Of a stretch of 32,000 nucleotides of DNA, positions 16,659 to 25,700 are shown piece by piece. A program made the translations under genes and the position numbers. This DNA comes from Ruminococcus albus 7 = DSM 20455. GTDB lineage: Bacteria > Bacillota > Clostridia > Oscillospirales > Ruminococcaceae. The notes beneath the pieces are model-generated. The model saw only the letters and a program-made list of their open reading frames with translations, was not told the origin of the DNA and did not search any database. The DNA is taken from NCBI RefSeq assembly GCF_000179635.2, contig NC_014833.1, positions 3,030,001 through 3,062,000 on the forward strand, written 5' to 3'. Position 1 is the first letter of the stretch. Every line of letters begins with the position of its first letter.

Positions 16659-16872
16659 ATCGTTTCCTCCTGATATATCTGCCCGAATAATACGATACGG
16701 GTAAATATCGAATCATACTATTCCGCAACAATATCGCTCACAGCCGCGCACAAATCGCTTGTGTGGCGTTTTGTTGGCGTGGTGGACTAACTACCCGACA
16801 GGCGATATTTGTCGGGCACAAATCGGCTCACGTTCCGAGTTTCAACTCCGGCACCAGGATACCTCGCTTTTC

Positions 16873-18081
16873 TTAGATTTTTTGCCTTAATCTCGTGGCA
16901 CTTCTAAGGACAATATCCTCGAATGACATTCTCACGATAGGTACACGCTTGCCGTTGATGAGTACATACTCACTGCCTGAACCGTCACCCTCACGACCTT
17001 TGCCGTCACCCACAGCTGAGCCGTCACCCTGCTCAGACAATGTATCTAAAGGCTTTTCGACACTTCGGGTGCCGGCTGGACAGCAGCTCTCGGGGTACAG
17101 CAACCTGCCGTCACTGCTGTCACCCGCTCGGTCGTAGGTCAGCTCCAGCCAACGTTTTCCGTGACTGCGTTTGATCTGGAATCGTATACCATAGCCATTC
17201 AACTCCTGCCAGTGCTGCATGAGTTTCTTGCTGACCATGTTGCTTGGCAAGTGCATACCGAATCGGTTTTCAAGTTCTGCACTCAACTCGGTCGCCGTTG
17301 CTGACAGCTTTTCTTTCTCCGACATCATGTCATGGACTGCGAACACAAAAGTATCGGGCGGCTTGTCCTCACGTTCATCAGTAAGTAACCAGCGTGCGCC
17401 CTTTCTCGCAAGGGACAATTCACTGTCTTCAATATCACGACCCGTCGCATACAGCACAGCCTGCCCGCCGCACCGCTTGTCCTTTTTCAGAACAAGCATA
17501 CCGTCCACGCAACCATTCAGACCAGTGCTGCCCGAGATCATATTAAACGGATCGCTGTCCATCGCTTTACGCAGATGATGAACAAGAACTATGCTTATGT
17601 CAAGCTGTTCAGCCAGAGATTTCAGCGGTATCAACTCAGCATAGTCACTGCCGTAGCTGTTGTCCGTTTCGCTCCGCACCATCTGCAACGTATCGATGAC
17701 CACCAGCCGCAGGTCATCATGCTCCGACTTGAACTTTACTATCTGTTCGCACAGACCATCGCTGATAGTATCCGCTTTCAGCGCAAAGTGAAGCTTCTCC
17801 GATGGCTCATCGGTCAGTTCATACAACCGACTTTGTATCCTCTGCCAGCTGTCTTCGAGACAAAAATACAGCGCCGTACCTTGCCGTGTCGGACGTTCCA
17901 GCAGTTTTTCTCCTTTCGATATTGCAAGGCAAAGTTCCAGAGCCAACCACGATTTTCCGGCCTTGGGCGAGCCTGCTAGAATGTACAGCCCCTGCGAGAT
18001 GAGACCTTCGACTGCAAACACTGTTGGTTTGTACAGCGTGGTCATGATCTCCTCGCAGGATTTTGTTTTCAGTTCTCTCAA
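16873..18081 (-). CDS. RepA-like RecA-fold ATPase (AAA_25-type)
   Basis: Track ORF 16873..18102. I prefer the TTG at 18081, which has the same AGGAGG plus 8-nt spacer as copy 1. The protein is identical to copy 1, although the 5' ~110 nt carry synonymous differences. Confidence 0.8.
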   Translation of the reverse strand: MRELKTKSCEEIMTTLYKPTVFAVEGLISQGLYILAGSPKAGKSWLALELCLAISKGEKLLERPTRQGTALYFCLEDSWQRIQSRLYELTDEPSEKLHFALKADTISDGLCEQIVKFKSEHDDLRLVVIDTLQMVRSETDNSYGSDYAELIPLKSLAEQLDISIVLVHHLRKAMDSDPFNMISGSTGLNGCVDGMLVLKKDKRCGGQAVLYATGRDIEDSELSLARKGARWLLTDEREDKPPDTFVFAVHDMMSEKEKLSATATELSAELENRFGMHLPSNMVSKKLMQHWQELNGYGIRFQIKRSHGKRWLELTYDRAGDSSDGRLLYPESCCPAGTRSVEKPLDTLSEQGDGSAVGDGKGREGDGSGSEYVLINGKRVPIVRMSFEDIVLRSATRLRQKI

Positions 18082-18290
18082 TATATCGACCTCCTTTTTC
18101 ACTTGTATAAGGAAAGATGAACGTGTTTTAATACCCCTGCTTTACAAAAAGTTTAAAATATTTTATGTTTTGCACATATGGGACGGTCTAAAGTTGTTAT
18201 TTATGCCGATGGCGAATTGTATATAACATCGAGAAAGAGCTTAGTTGATCAACGTATTATGTTGGTATTTCTGAATTAATAATTAACCTG

Positions 18291-18320
18291 TTGACACTTT
18301 ATACTTTAATATGATATAAT
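18291..18320 (+). promoter_or_regulatory. strong sigma-A-type promoter TTGACA-18-TGATATAAT
   Basis: TTGACA at 18291-18296 and an extended -10 TGATATAAT at 18312-18320, ~70 nt upstream of the 933-aa gene. Confidence 0.6.
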
Positions 18321-18392
18321 TTTTATCTGTGAGTTATTTATAAAATATGATTCACATTGCCATATTGGTGAAAACAGTATAGGAGGAATAAA

Positions 18393-21194
18393 ATGAAAGT
18401 AAAAAAATTATTAGCGATAGCATTGTCATTATGTATGCTATACGGCGAAGCAAGCTATGGTGTTCCGTTTATAAAACAGAGCATAACTGCGCAGGCAGCA
18501 ACTTCTGATAATGGTTGTTATTCTTTCAATGCAACAACAGGTGAACTTACACTTAGCGGTGTGGTGGACAAAGACACCTTATCCGAATTTAAACGTTCAA
18601 TTAATATTAAGACTGATATTAAATCTGTTGTAGCTAAAAATGGAACTGTCCTTCCTGAAAATTGTAGCTATCTATTTTCATACTTAGAAAATTGTACTTC
18701 TATCGACCTTTCAAAGGCGGATACAAGCAATGTTAAAAAAATGAGTTTCATGTTCTCACGTTGTTACAACCTAACATCACTTAACATTAGGAACTTCGAT
18801 ACAAGCAATGTTACAAGCATGGGTCAAATGTTCTCTTATTGTTCCAATCTGACTTCAGTTGATGTTAGCAGTTTTGATACAAGCAAGGTTACAGATATGG
18901 TTGCTATGTTCACTAGTTCCGGACTGACATCACTCGATTTAAGCGGTTTTAATACAAGTAATGTTACAAATATGACACAAATGTTCAAAAATTGTACAAA
19001 ATTGACTTCAGTCGATGTTAGCAGTTTTGATACAAGTAATGTTACAAATATGATACAAATGTTTGATTCTTGTTACGCTTTGACTTCACTTGATGTAAGC
19101 GGTTTTGATACAAGCAAGGTTACAAGTATGGGTGCTATGTTCTTTAATTGTTATAATCTTACCACACTTGATGTAAGTGGTTTTGATACAGGCAAAGTAA
19201 CATCTATGGGAAATATGTTCTACTTTTGTGACAAACTGACCAAACTTGATGTAAGCGGATTTGATACAAGTAATGCTACAACTACAAGAGGTATGTTCTA
19301 TTTCTGCCAAAGTTTAACCACACTTGATGTTAGCGGATTTGATACAAGCAAAGTAACGGATATGAGAGAAATGTTCTATTTCTGTAATGGCTTAACTTCA
19401 CTTGATTTGCGCAGATTTGATACAAGCAAAGTAACAAACATGAGTGGTATGTTCTTTTACTGTAAAAATTTAACCACACTTGATGTTAGCGGATTTGATA
19501 CAAGCAAAGTAACGGATATGAGAGAAATGTTCTATTCCTGTCATGACTTAACTTCACTTGATTTGCGCAGATTTGATACAAGCAATGTTACAGATCTGAA
19601 ATCTATGTTCTATGGCTGTAAAGACCTTACCAGCCTGGATCTAAGCAGTTTTGATACAAGCAGTGCTACAAATATGACCGATATGTTCAAAGATTGCAAA
19701 AAGCTTAAATCACTTACTCTTGGCATAAATTTCAGAAATATACCAGAAAAAGCTGCTCTTCGAAACGGTTATGGCTGGATTAAAAGAATTCCAAAATTGA
19801 AACATGTCAGCGGTAACGGAGAATATGCCGTTATTGATAATGATGGTTATAACACTTACTATCTTTTCGAAGCATATCAACCCACATATCCTACCAAAAT
19901 CAAATACGAATACAACGAACAATATCACCAGGTAAAATTTACATGGAATAAGATATTACTTGCTGAAAAATACGGCATACTTGTATATCTTGCAGGCAAG
20001 TGGAGAATACAGACACAGGATATCCCTGCTACGACCACAAGCTACACTACTCCAGAGAATTCCATATTATCCAGTTCGACTTACTATGTTGCTATCGCTG
20101 CAAAGGTAAACGGTAAGTGGGATACAGCAAACGCTATCAAAAATTATTTGACAATCAAAATTACTAAGGATGGTTTGTTAGATTCGGATGGCGATGGAAT
20201 ACCAGATGATGAGGATGAATTTCCATTAACACCATTAACTGAAGATGAGAAAACTGTAATAGAGTTTTTTAATTCTGCTGAAAAATTTGAAATCTATTAT
20301 TTATCAAAATTCTGTACTCGATTCGATGCTACCCCAATTCAATGTATTACATACATTAATGTGTTCAGACAATATGCTGATTATGATGTCGATGGCGTAC
20401 AGCAAGGTCTTAAAGATATTGGTTTAGTATGTGATATAGATTCATTGAAATTTTATTATGGCGAATATTGTAATTACAAAAATGGAACCTCTTGGGCAGA
20501 AATACAGGCACATGGTTACGAAGAATGGTATGTTTGTTATCATTGGTTTTTAGCTGAGTGGATGTGGGGAGTCTCTGCGCAATTGTTACAAGATGCTTAT
20601 AAAGTCCCCAAAGACGTAGAAGAAAACGTAAAATTTGACTTTAGCGTATTTGATGATACTTTTGATGTTGAAAGCTATATAATTGATAATCAAAAAAGAT
20701 CAACAACACATCCTTCAAATCTAAAATATGAACCATACGGAGCTCCATTTTCTAATAAGAAGTCTTGGGGAGATATGGGCGAAAAGCAAGCGGCTGAACA
20801 TCTTGCGGAAAATGGATATGATGTAGAAATGCTACCAGAGGTTTACAAAGAAGTAGATGGTAAAATAATCGGAAATGGTTATGGTAAAGATATCAAAACT
20901 AATCCAGATTGTAGAATAGAAGGAAAAGTATACGATATCTATTCCCCTTCCACCCAAAATTTAACAACTATAAAAAAAGAAGTACTAAAGAAATCTAGGC
21001 AGCAGACATCTAATGTAGTGTTAAATTTAAATAATCCAGAAAAATATTTTGATGATGGAACTTTAGTATCAGATTGGCAAAGCGTAGATGAAATAGTTAA
21101 AATGTTCAAATATAACTCTAATAATAGTTTAAATGAATTAGATGAGTTGATTATTCTATACAACGAAGAAGTGCTCTATGCATATGTAAGATAA
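18393..21194 (+). CDS. secreted 26-residue-repeat (LRR/DUF285-like) surface protein with a non-repetitive C-terminal toxin-like region
   Basis: 933 aa with RBS TAGGAGGA. Signal peptide MKVKKLLAIALSLCMLYGEA..AQA. About 14 repeats of LTSLDVSGFDTSKVTxMxxMFxxCxx. A beta-rich module follows (aa ~490-590), then a DSDGDGIPDDEDEF linker, then ~330 aa of unique C-terminus containing GEKQAAEHL..NPDCRIEGK. Confidence 0.85.
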   Translation: MKVKKLLAIALSLCMLYGEASYGVPFIKQSITAQAATSDNGCYSFNATTGELTLSGVVDKDTLSEFKRSINIKTDIKSVVAKNGTVLPENCSYLFSYLENCTSIDLSKADTSNVKKMSFMFSRCYNLTSLNIRNFDTSNVTSMGQMFSYCSNLTSVDVSSFDTSKVTDMVAMFTSSGLTSLDLSGFNTSNVTNMTQMFKNCTKLTSVDVSSFDTSNVTNMIQMFDSCYALTSLDVSGFDTSKVTSMGAMFFNCYNLTTLDVSGFDTGKVTSMGNMFYFCDKLTKLDVSGFDTSNATTTRGMFYFCQSLTTLDVSGFDTSKVTDMREMFYFCNGLTSLDLRRFDTSKVTNMSGMFFYCKNLTTLDVSGFDTSKVTDMREMFYSCHDLTSLDLRRFDTSNVTDLKSMFYGCKDLTSLDLSSFDTSSATNMTDMFKDCKKLKSLTLGINFRNIPEKAALRNGYGWIKRIPKLKHVSGNGEYAVIDNDGYNTYYLFEAYQPTYPTKIKYEYNEQYHQVKFTWNKILLAEKYGILVYLAGKWRIQTQDIPATTTSYTTPENSILSSSTYYVAIAAKVNGKWDTANAIKNYLTIKITKDGLLDSDGDGIPDDEDEFPLTPLTEDEKTVIEFFNSAEKFEIYYLSKFCTRFDATPIQCITYINVFRQYADYDVDGVQQGLKDIGLVCDIDSLKFYYGEYCNYKNGTSWAEIQAHGYEEWYVCYHWFLAEWMWGVSAQLLQDAYKVPKDVEENVKFDFSVFDDTFDVESYIIDNQKRSTTHPSNLKYEPYGAPFSNKKSWGDMGEKQAAEHLAENGYDVEMLPEVYKEVDGKIIGNGYGKDIKTNPDCRIEGKVYDIYSPSTQNLTTIKKEVLKKSRQQTSNVVLNLNNPEKYFDDGTLVSDWQSVDEIVKMFKYNSNNSLNELDELIILYNEEVLYAYVR
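18660..19725 (+). repeat. 78-bp (26-codon) coding tandem repeats
   Basis: Periodic FDTS(K/N)VT..MF..C..LT(S/T)LD units. Includes a near-identical 156-bp duplication (19313 vs 19469). Confidence 0.85.
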
Positions 21195-21207
21195 GGAGAT
21201 CATTTTT

Positions 21208-21672
21208 ATGGAGTACAATTTTTATATTGAAAAACCTATCCAGAGAGATGAATTACACCAAAGTATAATAGACATATTAAAAGAGTTATCAAATAAAGAA
21301 CACATCGATGGTGACGATGTTATTTCATGTTATCCTCTTCAATTGTTTATTTATGGCCCTGAATATGGAGCAGATTATGTTAAGGAAGAATTTGGATTCG
21401 AATTGAGTTGGGAATTGACATTTGAAGTCTTTTCAAAAAATGAAACTGATAATGAAGTTGAGAATTTAAGGTTTTTCTTTAAGGTAATAAATTATTTGGT
21501 TGAAAAGTTTGATATTAATATCTTTGTCTTAGAGGATACGGGTGGTACTTGGATAATGAAAAGTCTGGGAGAAATAAAGCAATTACGAGATACAGATATA
21601 TTTAACTATCCATTTGAACTGCTAAAGTGTTCGTCTGATTTTGAACGCTGTGAAGCAAAACAATTTGGCTGA
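21208..21672 (+). CDS. cognate immunity-like protein
   Basis: 154 aa, acidic, no signal peptide. It starts 13 nt after the toxin-like gene stop and has RBS AAGGAGA. A paralog lies at 11209. Confidence 0.7.
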   Translation: MEYNFYIEKPIQRDELHQSIIDILKELSNKEHIDGDDVISCYPLQLFIYGPEYGADYVKEEFGFELSWELTFEVFSKNETDNEVENLRFFFKVINYLVEKFDINIFVLEDTGGTWIMKSLGEIKQLRDTDIFNYPFELLKCSSDFERCEAKQFG

Positions 21673-21870
21673 TTATAGGTGCAACACCTAGGTATTGTTG
21701 GTCTAAATGGGAACAAACACAATATCTAAATAAGTATGCACATGGATTTAGGACGGAGATAATAACAGGATTATCCTATGAATAATTCGAAGAAGAAGCC
21801 ACGTGATAATGGTATAGATCAATGAATAGAAAACAGGGCGTTCGCTTAGACCGCCCTATCCTTTTATAAG

Positions 21871-22133
21871 GTAAGAGTAAAATATCCCGCGTCTTCCCTC
21901 CCGTTGACCAATGATGTATAATAAACTCCAAGAAACTTGATGGAGTAAATTAGAGTCCGTTGGACACGGGAGGTATCATTATGCAGAATAAAACAACAGA
22001 GATCGCAACGATCAGACAGGCAGTACGCCTGCAGGAATGGACTGCACAGATTGAAGCGCAACAGGCAAGCGGTCTGACGATCCGGGAATGTTGCAAAGAA
22101 AACGGTATCAAGCCCAACACGTATTACAACCGC
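21871..22133 (+). mobile_element. relic of a second, diverged IS66-family element (end plus first ~55 codons of orfA)
   Basis: GTAAGAGTAAAATATCCCGCG resembles the IS66 end GTAAGCGTATAACCCCCCGCA. The track ORF 21960..22199 reads ..MQNKTTEIATIRQAVRLQEWTAQIEAQQASGLTIRECCKENGIKPNTYYNR, then homology to tnpA stops near 22133. Confidence 0.6.
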
Positions 22134-22341
22134 TTTTATCGATTGATTATGTTAATTTCAAATTTACCATGGAGGTCAAAATATGCACGAAATAGTTGAA
22201 AATGCAGTACATAATGAATTGTTTGGTGTATATAAATGGTGAAACTGTAATTTTTATGCTGCTTAACAGCATAAGCTATATTTTTGATACCAAAGATAAG
22301 ATGAGTGAAATCGAGTATTTTTGTAGAATAGTTTTGAATCT

Positions 22342-22502
22342 TCGGACCTTATTTGGACTTTATCTCCGCCAAAGACTGCTTGAAACTACTTCAAATCACT
22401 TGAAACGCAGACCTCAGAAACTCCGAAACACCGCAGATAAGCTGAGATAACATTCAATTACTATGGACAGCGGCTATCGTTCAAGTCCCGTTTGCCGCAC
22501 CA
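22342..22502 (+). repeat. att block copy C (138-nt conserved arm plus 23-nt core)
   Basis: Same 161-nt block as at 10759 and 13079. The downstream sequence differs (E3-type). Confidence 0.65.
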
Positions 22503-22509
22503 AAGAAAA

Positions 22510-22540
22510 GCCCGAAACTACGCGGTTTCAGGGCTTTTTT
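22510..22540 (+). terminator. intrinsic terminator after the tRNA-like end (E3 version)
   Basis: GCCCGAAAC..GTTTCAGGGC forms an interrupted stem followed by TTTTTT. Confidence 0.5.
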
Positions 22541-22557
22541 ATTTTGCTTTTTTGGGT

Positions 22558-22579
22558 TTTGGTCATTGTTTGGTCATTA
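22558..22579 (+). promoter_or_regulatory. putative arm-type sites for the E3 integrase (TTTGGTCATTG / TTTGGTCATTA tandem)
   Basis: Tandem 11-mers at the same relative position as the TTTGGACNTTA pair of E1 and E2. Confidence 0.4.
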
Positions 22580-22663
22580 TCCATTTTTTTATAAAATAAG
22601 TAAGCGTATAACCCCCCGCATCATAAAAGCAAACAGCCGGGCAGATAACACCCGGCTGTAACA

Positions 22664-23202
22664 TCATATTCTGGCTTTGATTTCTCCATTTCTCTTTGCG
22701 TCCATGTATATTTCTTTGAAATCAGCTTTGCTGTTCGGACCGAATATGATCGGCATAACAGATACAAGGCCATCGGAAATGATCGCATTTTTAAATGGCA
22801 GAAGCGCTGCATCAAGCAAAGTTGGCATCGGTGCATTTCTCAGCATTTCCTCCCAACTGCTGACAATGCCGTTTACAAGAAAACAGAATTGTCATCGATC
22901 GATATAAATACCGATCCCTTTTTCAAATGTCGCTCAATGATAAATCTGCCGGTGATGCACCCTTTCCAGCTTTTAAGTATCTCCATGTGTTCTTCGGGCA
23001 GATCCGATCGCTCAAGATAATCATCAATGATCCATGTCCGTTCCCATAAAAAGTGGGCAACCTCCGCAGCATCCTGTGGGTCGATCATTCCTTGCCCGAA
23101 ATAATCTTCCTCAGGAAGTATATGATATTCTCTGTTCACATAGTCAAGCAGTGGAAAAAACAGTTCATAAAACAGCTTTGCATCTTCATTACTAAGTTTC
23201 AT
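22664..23202 (-). pseudogene. fourth IS66 ORF (unknown function), frameshifted in this copy
   Basis: Track ORFs 22873..23202 and 22664..22846 together equal the intact 179-aa ORF of copy 2. The run at 22880-22883 is A4 here and A5 in copy 2. Confidence 0.7.
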
Positions 23203-24703
23203 TTTCTTCCCTCCATGGTAATAATATCGTCCCCGCAGGCTGTGAAAACAGCTCGGTCAGGTATTTCTCAGCATCAACACCGTTCGCCTGTGCAGTTGAA
23301 ATGATCGAATACAGCGTTGCACTTGATCTGGCTCCGTTTGCTGTATTTGAAAACAGCCAATTTTTTCGGCCTAACGCAAACGGTCTTATTGCGTTTTCGG
23401 CTCTGTTGTTGTCGATAGGCACGTCTCCGTTTTCAAGAAACGTGTAAAGATATTTCCGTTCATTCAACGCATATCTTACTGCATCTGTCAGCTTGCCCTT
23501 ACCACTGACCTGAACATTTTCAAGCCACGCAAAAAACTCGTCAAGCAAAGGCTTTACCTTCACAAGGCGCTGTTTATATCTGTATTCTGTGGAGCTGTCG
23601 GCAAGCAGATTTTCTTCGTGATATATCTTGTTGAAATATTCTACTGCCTTTGCCGCAACAGAAGTGCTGTGCAGCTTTTGGTCGTTCGGAAGAGCCTGAA
23701 TAAAACCACGCCTTGCATGAGTCATACAGCCGCATCGCTTAGCACCCTCGACTGCATTGTAGGCATCGTATCCGTCACAGATAAGATAGCCGATAAATCC
23801 TTTCAGGAAATTCGAGGCGTGCTCACCCTTTCGTGTCGGCTGATAATCGAAAATGATGATGCTCCTGTCATTCATTTTGCCGTTGCAGTAGACCCACATT
23901 CTTGATGTCGTGGTAGGCTTTCGGCCTTCCTCGTGAAGCACCTGAACGGTCGTTTCATCGGCATGGATCATCTGCCCTGCGATAAGCATCTCATGCATTT
24001 TCTCCACAATCGGCAAACACCATTTTTCGGCAGCAGTGCCTACCCAATTAGACATAGTCGCTTTGAGCAGAGGTATGTTTTTGGAATTAAAGTCCTTTTC
24101 CTGACGGTGCAGAGGTACTGACTTTGCATATTTTTCGTAGATGATATGAGCCAGAAGTTCGGGAGAGCAATAGCTTCCCGGGATCATAGCGTGAGGATAT
24201 GGCGCACGGATGATATGACAAGGTTCGTCCCTTTCTTCGGGCTTTTCTCCGCACTCGGGACACTTGTACTTATGTACTATATGCCTGCGGATATGATATT
24301 TTGGCGGCGTAAATATAAGTTCATCGTAAGCCTTTTCGGGAGTCAGTTCTTCCATTTCGGCGCCGCATATTTCGCATACCGGGTTGTCAATTTTGTGATG
24401 TTCTTCTTTTACAGGCAGATTGTTCATCCATTCATCGTGAGTGCGTTTTTTCTTGCGCTTGTGTTCGGGAACAGTAATTGTTTCGGCAGATTTAGCTGCG
24501 GATTTTTCTTCATTGTTTCCGAACATGGAAAGCTGAACACCGAACTCCTTTTCCATAACAACAGATGTCTGCTCTGTTTTTCTTCCGAATATCTGCTTTC
24601 TGAACCACGCTAACTGCTGATTGGCAAGTGCTAGTTCTTCCTTGAGAACAGCGTTTTCATTACGGAGCGATACAATTTCCGATGTCATATTTGGTTCGGA
24701 CAT
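23192..24703 (-). CDS. tnpC: IS66-family DDE transposase
   Basis: Track ORF 23192..24769. Start taken at MSEPNMTSE, 6 nt after GGAGGGG. N-terminal coiled coil, CEICGAEM..CPECG zinc motif, and ..MIHADETTVQVL... Confidence 0.9.
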   Translation of the reverse strand: MSEPNMTSEIVSLRNENAVLKEELALANQQLAWFRKQIFGRKTEQTSVVMEKEFGVQLSMFGNNEEKSAAKSAETITVPEHKRKKKRTHDEWMNNLPVKEEHHKIDNPVCEICGAEMEELTPEKAYDELIFTPPKYHIRRHIVHKYKCPECGEKPEERDEPCHIIRAPYPHAMIPGSYCSPELLAHIIYEKYAKSVPLHRQEKDFNSKNIPLLKATMSNWVGTAAEKWCLPIVEKMHEMLIAGQMIHADETTVQVLHEEGRKPTTTSRMWVYCNGKMNDRSIIIFDYQPTRKGEHASNFLKGFIGYLICDGYDAYNAVEGAKRCGCMTHARRGFIQALPNDQKLHSTSVAAKAVEYFNKIYHEENLLADSSTEYRYKQRLVKVKPLLDEFFAWLENVQVSGKGKLTDAVRYALNERKYLYTFLENGDVPIDNNRAENAIRPFALGRKNWLFSNTANGARSSATLYSIISTAQANGVDAEKYLTELFSQPAGTILLPWREENET

Positions 24704-24795
24704 AAAGCACCCCTCCGTTCGTGATGATACTTTAATGATACCACGAAAAGAGGGGCTTTTCAAGCACATATTCTGAATATTCGGTAAGTATTGCC

Positions 24796-25152
24796 TTAAT
24801 ACAGCGCCCCCGGCTTTCCCTCACGGATAGCCTTCGGCTGCTCTATTTTCAAGCCTTCCAGAAGCCAGCGAATTTGCTGAGATGTGAGCATTACTGCTTC
24901 GGTCTCACTGCGCGGCCACTGGAATCTTCCGTTGTCAAGGCGCTTGTACAACAGCAGAAAACCATCGCCCTCCCACAGCAGACCTTTGATGCGGTCACAA
25001 CGTCTGCCGCAGAACAAAAACAATGCTTTCGAGAACGGGTCAAGTCGAAGCTGAGCCTGAACGATAGTCGCAAGTCCGTCTATCCCGCGTCGAAGGTCGG
25101 TGTATCCCGTAACAAGATAGACCTGTGCGTCCGCTGCCAGATCATTCAGCAT
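24796..25152 (-). CDS. tnpB: IS66 Orf2-like accessory protein
   Basis: 118 aa: ..VYLVTGYTDLRRGIDGLATIV..LFLFCGRRCDRIKGLLWEGDGFLLLYKRLDNGRFQWP... Confidence 0.9.
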   Translation of the reverse strand: MLNDLAADAQVYLVTGYTDLRRGIDGLATIVQAQLRLDPFSKALFLFCGRRCDRIKGLLWEGDGFLLLYKRLDNGRFQWPRSETEAVMLTSQQIRWLLEGLKIEQPKAIREGKPGALY

Positions 25153-25463
25153 AGCTCATGCACCAAAGCGGTCAGAGTGTCCGCAGATATATCTGCCGGA
25201 AGAGATATTTGAAGTCCGTTTTTCTCAATGCGGATATTTTCGTTTGAGCAAGGAACTGATACAGGAACGATGGTCGGAGAATTTTCGATATACTTTTCAC
25301 GAACTTTTCTTAGGCGGTTGTAATACGTGTTTGGCTTGATCCCTTTTTCTTTGCACCATTCCCGGATCGTCAGACCGCTTGCCTGCTGTGCTTTGATCTG
25401 CGCAGACCATTCCTGAAGCTGCATTTCTTTTTTGATTGTTGTGATGGATGTTGTTTTGTCCAT
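25146..25463 (-). CDS. tnpA: IS66 orfA accessory HTH protein
   Basis: Track ORF 25146..25511. Start taken at MDKTTSITT, 8 nt after AGGAGG. ..EWSAQIKAQQASGLTIREWCKEKGIKPNTYYNRL... Overlaps the tnpB start. Confidence 0.85.
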   Translation of the reverse strand: MDKTTSITTIKKEMQLQEWSAQIKAQQASGLTIREWCKEKGIKPNTYYNRLRKVREKYIENSPTIVPVSVPCSNENIRIEKNGLQISLPADISADTLTALVHELC

Positions 25464-25642
25464 ACCTGTTACCTCCTTGTCTAATCGTCTCCAATGAACT
25501 CCATGGATCAATTTGGATTATTCAATTTACTTCATGGTGTTCCTTGGAGTTTATTATACTTTATTAGACTTCGGTGGGGTAGGTGCTGGGGGTTATACGC
25601 TTACTAAAATAATAGATGTTTCCTGAAATATTCCAAATCACA

Positions 25643-25678
25643 TAAAAACAGAGCTGACCGATTAAAGCCTGCTCTGTT
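25643..25678 (-). terminator. terminator of the E3 integrase gene
   Basis: On the minus strand, AACAGAGC..GCTCTGTT forms an 8-bp stem followed by TTTTTAT, ~25 nt after the stop. Confidence 0.5.
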
Positions 25679-25700
25679 GAAATGTATTAAATTTGATACA

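Larger units (their letters stand above)
13217..22479. mobile_element. integrative element E2 (int pseudogene, xis-like gene, IS110, RepA-like ATPase, toxin/immunity cargo, IS66 relic)
   Basis: Bounded by att cores at 13217 and 22480. The backbone duplicates E1. Confidence 0.6.
22600..25604 (-). mobile_element. IS66-family insertion sequence, copy 1 (3005 bp)
   Basis: Ends GTAAGCGTATAACCCCC.. and ..GGGGGTTATACGCTTAC (a 17-bp perfect inverted repeat). Flanked by an 8-bp direct repeat TAAAATAA (22592-22599 and 25605-25612). Confidence 0.9.

Noticed and set aside
18660-19725. Regular ~78-bp periodic repeats that could be mistaken for a CRISPR-like or satellite array.
   Set aside because: The period is 26 codons of one long ORF with conserved amino-acid motifs. 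There is no repeat-spacer organisation.
1090-25511. Longer N-terminal extensions offered by the ORF track (starts at 1090, 8735, 12469, 18102, 24769 and 25511).
   Set aside because: In each case an internal start has a proper Shine-Dalgarno sequence, and in several a signal peptide or a promoter lies inside the extension. The shorter coordinates are used.
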